IMG/VR virus record: IMGVR_UViG_3300035670_000522
Span: 1 to 40,647 of that record
Strand: one strand, 5' to 3'
DNA from: a virus
Taxonomy: Duplodnaviria; Caudoviricetes
Length of the DNA: 40,647 nt
The translations under genes and the position numbers were made by a program. Below, piece after piece: positions 35,544-40,647 of this stretch (its first letter is position 1; each line of letters starts with the position of its first letter). A model generated the notes under the pieces. It was not told where the DNA came from, made no database searches, and was given only the letters and a program-made list of their open reading frames with translations.

Positions 35544-38201
35544 TCAGCCCCCGAATACCAGTTCCAGTGTCATGCTTACCACAGTGAGCGGTGTTGGCGT
35601 GATCCGGCGCACAATGATAGACCCATCGTCCTGCCATGACGAACTGACCGAAACCTCCACCTCGCCCGTCTTCAGAGCAGGCGGAGAGCCATAAGGCTCA
35701 GTTGTCCTGATCTTGGCCTCGGTCAGCCGCGTCATGTCCGGCCCTGCCGTGAACCCGCCCGAGTTGTAGACCCGGAGCGTGACTTCATTGACGTTCTTGA
35801 TCGTGCTCTGGGCATATGCTTCAATCTCAGCCGCCACAGGAAGCGTCTCGAACATGGCATAGACCGGCAATCCGATGTGCGCCAAGGTCGTTGCCGAATC
35901 CAATTCGATCTCGCCCCCGCTCACCGTCTTGTTGGTCTGCACCCCGCCATTGGCCAGCACCGCAACCGCCTGACCCTCAAGATGATCCAGCCCGCTGATC
36001 GTGGTGGCCGACGCCCCGGAATAGGTCAGCCCGCAATCCACGCCGAAGAAGTTTTCCAACCCGTTGAAGAACCGGCTCGCCATCCGCTCGACATAGCGGC
36101 GATACCTGTTTCCGCGCGCCACAATTGTCCCGGTCGCAGGCGTGACCGCACTTGAGGGAATGGTGAACGTGAACGTTGTTGATCCCGTGACAGTAATGGT
36201 GAACGTGCCGTTATAGGCCGCCTGATCCGCGCCGCTGATCGTCACACTTTGCCCGGTTTCCATCAGGTGCGCTTCGGTGCTGGTAAACGTCGCCGTTGTC
36301 CCGCTGGATGTCAGCGAACTCGTCGGTATTTGCCCGGAAATCGGCCGGCGCACCACGGCATAGAGGATGTCATCATTACCCTCGCCAACCACGCAGATGC
36401 TTTCAAATGCGCCATTGATCGTGGAATGCTCGTGCCAGGCATAGACCTGCTGTTCAGGAACATAGGTCATGCCCAGAAGGTTGCCATTGGACGACACGGC
36501 CCACACAATCGGCACCGGTCCCTTGGCATAGGCCATGTCAACAATCGTGTGGAAGTCAAACAGGTGCGCGGCTCTCAGGCTCATGTCTATCGAGACATAC
36601 GAGTTGACATCGAAGTCATAGCCTGCGGCCCGGACGTGGCCTCCCCTTGCCGCGGCATACACGGCAGACGTGCCCACGATCACGGGCTGGACAAGGTTGG
36701 CCCCGATATAGGATTGCGGTCTCAGGCTGATCGAGAACGGCGTGATCGGCCCGTTATCGCCCGACGAAACGATCCATTCCGCACTGTCTGTCAGGATCAG
36801 AAGCTCACCCACCGGGACAATATGCCGGATGATGGACGATTCCCGCGCCGCCATCTTTACGCTGATCGCGTCATCGTCCCGCACCGGAATGGAATAATCC
36901 AGGTTGCTCTCAAGCCCGGTCTTGGTCATCCAGAGCGTCTGTGGAAGCGCGGTCGTCCCGGCAAATACCCGGCGCTGCTCGAAATACCCCACAGCTCCCG
37001 GATAGTCCGACGCAAACGGGTTCTGGTTTTCAGGCGGCGCGCGGCTCGTGTCAGCCGCGATATTGTCATCAATGAGCGTCGTGGTCGTAGTCTGGCCAAT
37101 GTAGCCGTAAATGCCCCCACTCAGCTTGTAGACATTGCGCCGGCCAGTGGTGGAGAAATTGATCGTGTTCGTCGCGCCTGTGTCAAATAGCTGGTTTGTC
37201 GCGGTCGATGCCGAAGACGCCACGCTCTCGTCAAGCTGGTCATCAGAAACAGTGGTCGCCACATAGCTATAGGTCTGCGTGTCGCTTGGGCTGGTCGCCG
37301 TGACAGGCGTTACGCTGGAAATCGTCGGTGCTGCCAGCGTAGAGCCAAACGTGATGACCTTGATTGTCCAGTTCGTCGCGCCGTTGCGTCTCAGTTCATA
37401 GGGCGGGTATCGCGGATGGCACAGGGTCAGGACATCGGCGCTTTGCACATAGGTAATGCTGCCAATATCCCCTTCGGCATAAGGCGATGGGATCTCATAG
37501 ACCGTGCCAAGCTCGAACCAGAACCCGCCCGGCGCCGTGACGCTTGACCCGGTATATCCGGTGTAACTCGTGGTGGTCGTAAACTCTATCTCATACTCGC
37601 CTGTGTCCGGATTGTAGACCGTGCTATAGCCCGTCGAAATAGCCGAGATATAGACAAGCTGGCCGATGGTGACTGTCAGCGGAAGTGTGGACCCTACAAA
37701 CGTGTACCCGCTCGGCAACACGCTGGACGGGCCATAGGTCCGCGTCCATTCTGAAGACACAGCCGGGGTCGCCCCGTACTGGTTTGATCCCGTCTCAGGA
37801 TCGTCTCCGGTCGTTGCTGCCACGCAGTACCAGGTAGACCCGCCTTTCGTCACAAGGTCGCCCGGCACATAGGCTGTCATGCTATCCCATGCGCTGACAC
37901 CGCTTGTGGGTGTCAGCAGGGTTGCGCCGAACGTGTGGAACCGGATACGCGCCTCGGCAAATTCCAGCGCCGTGGTCTGCGTCGTGGAGAACCGGAACGG
38001 GATCATTCGCGTATACTTGGCGCTGTTGAACACCTCGCGCACGAAGCTGAACCCCGGCCTTGCTTCCACCGGGCCTTGAGGCAGAACGATCATGTTCTCG
38101 CACTCTTTCAGCCCGGTATTGTATTTCACGTCATCAATGCGGCCCAGCATCTCGGGGGAGATGATGCCGCCGTTGAACGAACGCGAGTAAAGCTTGGCCA
38201 T
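35544..38201 (-). CDS. Tail nozzle (tail tubular protein B; T7 gp12/P22 gp10-like)
   Basis: SFNGGIISP.M.GR.D...N.IV.PQG.V..RPG; YPGAVGYFEQRR; Q.V.AWH.H. Likely start ATG 38201 (TAATG overlap). Confidence 0.88.
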   Translation of the reverse strand: MAKLYSRSFNGGIISPEMLGRIDDVKYNTGLKECENMIVLPQGPVEARPGFSFVREVFNSAKYTRMIPFRFSTTQTTALEFAEARIRFHTFGATLLTPTSGVSAWDSMTAYVPGDLVTKGGSTWYCVAATTGDDPETGSNQYGATPAVSSEWTRTYGPSSVLPSGYTFVGSTLPLTVTIGQLVYISAISTGYSTVYNPDTGEYEIEFTTTTSYTGYTGSSVTAPGGFWFELGTVYEIPSPYAEGDIGSITYVQSADVLTLCHPRYPPYELRRNGATNWTIKVITFGSTLAAPTISSVTPVTATSPSDTQTYSYVATTVSDDQLDESVASSASTATNQLFDTGATNTINFSTTGRRNVYKLSGGIYGYIGQTTTTTLIDDNIAADTSRAPPENQNPFASDYPGAVGYFEQRRVFAGTTALPQTLWMTKTGLESNLDYSIPVRDDDAISVKMAARESSIIRHIVPVGELLILTDSAEWIVSSGDNGPITPFSISLRPQSYIGANLVQPVIVGTSAVYAAARGGHVRAAGYDFDVNSYVSIDMSLRAAHLFDFHTIVDMAYAKGPVPIVWAVSSNGNLLGMTYVPEQQVYAWHEHSTINGAFESICVVGEGNDDILYAVVRRPISGQIPTSSLTSSGTTATFTSTEAHLMETGQSVTISGADQAAYNGTFTITVTGSTTFTFTIPSSAVTPATGTIVARGNRYRRYVERMASRFFNGLENFFGVDCGLTYSGASATTISGLDHLEGQAVAVLANGGVQTNKTVSGGEIELDSATTLAHIGLPVYAMFETLPVAAEIEAYAQSTIKNVNEVTLRVYNSGGFTAGPDMTRLTEAKIRTTEPYGSPPALKTGEVEVSVSSSWQDDGSIIVRRITPTPLTVVSMTLELVFGG

Positions 38202-38869
38202 TACCGATCCGTCCGGCCCCAGAGCGAAGACGATCTCTGGCCCATCCACGGGGCCATGTGCCGATCATCCTGTTGGATGCGGCGGCTCGCGCTCTGGTTT
38301 GCGTCTTCTGCCGCAGCCTTCATCGCCCATGCCATGCCCTGCTGGGTCGCGGCCTGTCCCACGCGCACACCTTCTGTGCCTTTGATAGTCGGGCCTGCCA
38401 GCCGTCCTGCGAGTAGCCAGGAGAATGCCTCCACAAACAATGGGGGGTAAAGTGTCGAATCCGTCTGGTCGAAGATGTAGCGGATCCCCGCGTCTTCCGC
38501 GTTGCTGTAAAGAACCCTCGGTCCCGTACTGTCCGATCCGATCTCATAGGCGATCTGGTCAACATAGGTCTCGTCACGCCACTCGCCGCCGTCATAGACC
38601 CCCAGTATCTTGATGACACCAGCAGGCAGGCCAAACGCATAAGTCCATGTCTCAGGCACCGTATTGGATGCCGACAGGTCAGCCGCCGTCACACGCTTCG
38701 TGGCAAAACTCCACGGATGCATGGCAAGCAATAGCTTCCGGGTCATGGGATAGAACTGGGCGCAGCGTTGGGCCTCAACGCTCGCCTCGGGCGGGTCGAT
38801 GCTGGCGATGTCAGCCCGTTCTCCAATATGGGAGAGCGCAAGATTGCAGATGTCGATGGGGGCCGTCAT
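38201..38869 (-). CDS. Tail adaptor (tail tubular protein A; T7 gp11-like)
   Basis: DICNLALSHIG...LL.MHPWSFA.KR. Confidence 0.85.
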   Translation of the reverse strand: MTAPIDICNLALSHIGERADIASIDPPEASVEAQRCAQFYPMTRKLLLAMHPWSFATKRVTAADLSASNTVPETWTYAFGLPAGVIKILGVYDGGEWRDETYVDQIAYEIGSDSTGPRVLYSNAEDAGIRYIFDQTDSTLYPPLFVEAFSWLLAGRLAGPTIKGTEGVRVGQAATQQGMAWAMKAAAEDANQSASRRIQQDDRHMAPWMGQRSSSLWGRTDR

Positions 38870-38883
38870 GCGCTTCTCCGTTT

Positions 38884-38930
38884 ATGAAAGGCCGGGGCGG
38901 ACACCACAGGAGAACCCACCCGCCCCGGCC
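38884..38930 (-). terminator. Probable terminator downstream of the capsid genes
   Basis: GGCCGGGGCGG...CCGCCCCGGCC stem followed by TTTCAT on the minus strand. Confidence 0.5.
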
Positions 38931-38938
38931 AGTAACCA

Positions 38939-39127
38939 CTACGCTTCCGTAGCGGTATCGTCTTTAGGCTTGCGGCCGGGCTTTGGCCCGTCCACTTCCT
39001 CGAACCACTTGCCGGTCGCTTTCACCGGCACAGTGATGATTTCGCCAACGGCGATGCGCTCGGGGACGCCCCCGATGTCACGCGGGGCATAGCCCTTGAA
39101 GATTGCCTTCACACGCTTTCCAGCCAT
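38939..39127 (-). CDS. Small hypothetical head-associated protein
   Basis: GAGGAG RBS; lies between the cement and adaptor genes. Confidence 0.65.
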   Translation of the reverse strand: MAGKRVKAIFKGYAPRDIGGVPERIAVGEIITVPVKATGKWFEEVDGPKPGRKPKDDTATEA

Positions 39128-39139
39128 GTATCAGTCTCC

Positions 39140-39592
39140 TCAGATGGTCGCGCCAGCAGCCTGCGGGAACGACTTGTAAGTCGCCACGTTCGGCGTCAGG
39201 AAGGCATTGACCTTGCCAGCGGTGAATGCCGCCGTGCCAGTGGTCTGCACAATCCCGATATAGCGCTCATACGTGCCTTTCGGCAGCTCAACGCGGGCGA
39301 TGTAGGTGCCAGCGGTAAGTGAAGCCACCGGAATGGCCGCGCTCGACCAGTGATAGGTTGCCGTGCCGTCCACTGCAATTGCCGCCTGAGCATCGCTGCA
39401 AAGGTGGAACTGCCCGGTTGCCGAACCGCCAGACGTGGCAGCCGTGTCCACCTGGATCACAAGGTAGAGACCTTCAACATCGTTGAGACCGTCATTGCCG
39501 GTGTCGTAGACATCGCCAATCAGGTAAGAGGCTGCGCCGCCCGTATTGAGGGCCGTTGCATCGCAGAACTCGGTGCGTTCATCTAGTATCAT
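39140..39592 (-). CDS. Capsid cement/decoration protein (BPP-1 Bbp16-like)
   Basis: MILD...RY.G......FTAGK.NAFL jelly-roll pattern; directly after the MCP. Confidence 0.85.
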   Translation of the reverse strand: MILDERTEFCDATALNTGGAASYLIGDVYDTGNDGLNDVEGLYLVIQVDTAATSGGSATGQFHLCSDAQAAIAVDGTATYHWSSAAIPVASLTAGTYIARVELPKGTYERYIGIVQTTGTAAFTAGKVNAFLTPNVATYKSFPQAAGATI

Positions 39593-39619
39593 CTTTGGGT
39601 TTCCTTTTCCGTCAGGGGG

Positions 39620-40636
39620 TTACGAGGTCGGCACGCCGGACTCGGTGTTGAGGAGCGCATCGCAGCGGCGGACAGGGATGCCATCGAAGGTCAGCACTTG
39701 CTTGCCCGCGACCTGATCCATCATCAGCGTTGCGTTCTTCACCTTCTCTACCATCTGGCGGCGAAGGAATGAACGGGCTTTGCGGTTCGCATAGAACGAG
39801 AACCGGGCGCCGGACATCGACGGAGGCAGTTCGCAAGCCTGCGTCATCAGGTCGATGAGGTCAGGCCCGGTGGCCGCCGTGCCGGTCAGGTCTTCCGCGT
39901 TGTACTGGATGCGGACAACATAGCGCCAGTCACGAACCGTGAGGCCGCAGTCCCAGCGGTAGTGCGTACGATAGGCTTCCATCCGGCCGCCCGAGCCGTC
40001 CACGTTTTCAATCGTGACCTGGCCCTTGTCGGACATCTGGAGGCCGCCAATCGAGCCCTTGGGATAAACCCCGTGGACCGTGTTCTCGCCCCAGCCGATG
40101 AGCCACATCGAGGCATTGTCCGTGCTGTCCGGGGTCGTGCCGGCTTGCATGATGATGTTGTCCCCGTTCGCCACACCAGAGGCTTTCGAAGAGAAGCGCG
40201 GGGCAAAGCCCGTGATTTCTTCCGGTGCGGTCGATTCAGACGCATAGAACAGCGAAGCGGCAAACTCGTCGTTCATGCCTTCGATGTGCGCGCGGTCTTC
40301 GGAAAGACGGAACGCGGAGGTATTGCCGTTCAGGTCGGCAAGGGCCTTGTCAACTTCGGCATAGGCTTCGAGCATACCGCAGGTGTCAGTGACCTGAACG
40401 GTGCGCGACTTGGTAGGCTGGACGCCGCCGTAGAGCTTGCGCCACGTCGGAGTCGGAAGGCCGGAGCGGATCGTGGTCCGGTGGCCGGTCGGCAGGTTGC
40501 CCTCGACCCAGACCATATCCTCAAGGATCTGGTTGGTCTGGGTCAGGATTTCGACAATCTGGTCGATCTTCCCGTTCGGATCGAGGCGCTTGGCCACGTC
40601 CATCAGGGTCGGGTGGATAGTGCTGAGGGTTGCCAT
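39620..40636 (-). CDS. Major capsid protein (BPP-1 Bbp17/epsilon15 gp7-like)
   Basis: PTL.DVA.R..P.GKI..IVE.L..TN.IL.DM...H.TT.RSGLP..TWRKL..GVQP.KSRTVQV.D..GMLE.YAEVDKALADLNGN...RLSEDRA.IEGMN. Confidence 0.95.
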   Translation of the reverse strand: MATLSTIHPTLMDVAKRLDPNGKIDQIVEILTQTNQILEDMVWVEGNLPTGHRTTIRSGLPTPTWRKLYGGVQPTKSRTVQVTDTCGMLEAYAEVDKALADLNGNTSAFRLSEDRAHIEGMNDEFAASLFYASESTAPEEITGFAPRFSSKASGVANGDNIIMQAGTTPDSTDNASMWLIGWGENTVHGVYPKGSIGGLQMSDKGQVTIENVDGSGGRMEAYRTHYRWDCGLTVRDWRYVVRIQYNAEDLTGTAATGPDLIDLMTQACELPPSMSGARFSFYANRKARSFLRRQMVEKVKNATLMMDQVAGKQVLTFDGIPVRRCDALLNTESGVPTS

Positions 40637-40647
40637 CTAGGAGCCTT

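Overview
The window is most of the genome of a tailed dsDNA phage with a BPP-1/epsilon15-like podovirus virion module. The host is probably an alphaproteobacterium (inferred from high GC, RcGTA-like head-spike genes and a stand-alone DnaA-C gene). Layout: (i) 1-8667, minus strand: a Cro-like regulator, DnaB helicase, an HTH replication initiator with an internal iteron origin, small membrane peptides, small and large terminase, a GNAT acetyltransferase and RcGTA-type head-spike base/fibre genes. (ii) 8767-15705, plus strand: an early arm with a DNA methyltransferase, Rad52-like Sak, NinB, an HNH nuclease and many small ORFs, ending in a hairpin-rich, possibly non-coding segment. (iii) 15790-17521: an RHH-regulated membrane-protein moron and an HNH-AP2 homing endonuclease. 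(iv) 17500-40636, minus strand: the late arm with major capsid, cement protein, tail adaptor and nozzle, ejection proteins (one a polyvalent LPD23/zincin/2xART protein), the lysis region and a beta-helix tailspike. No portal, integrase, CI repressor, tRNA or CRISPR array was recognised; the portal presumably lies outside the window. The most unusual element is a translationally coupled late cassette (about 19994-25382). It places a lid-less Hsp70/DnaK-like ATPase with altered allosteric residues between a membrane-anchored peptidoglycan-binding protein and a lysozyme with a C-terminal membrane domain, followed by spanins. All calls come from motifs and sequences recognised by eye; no database searches were run.
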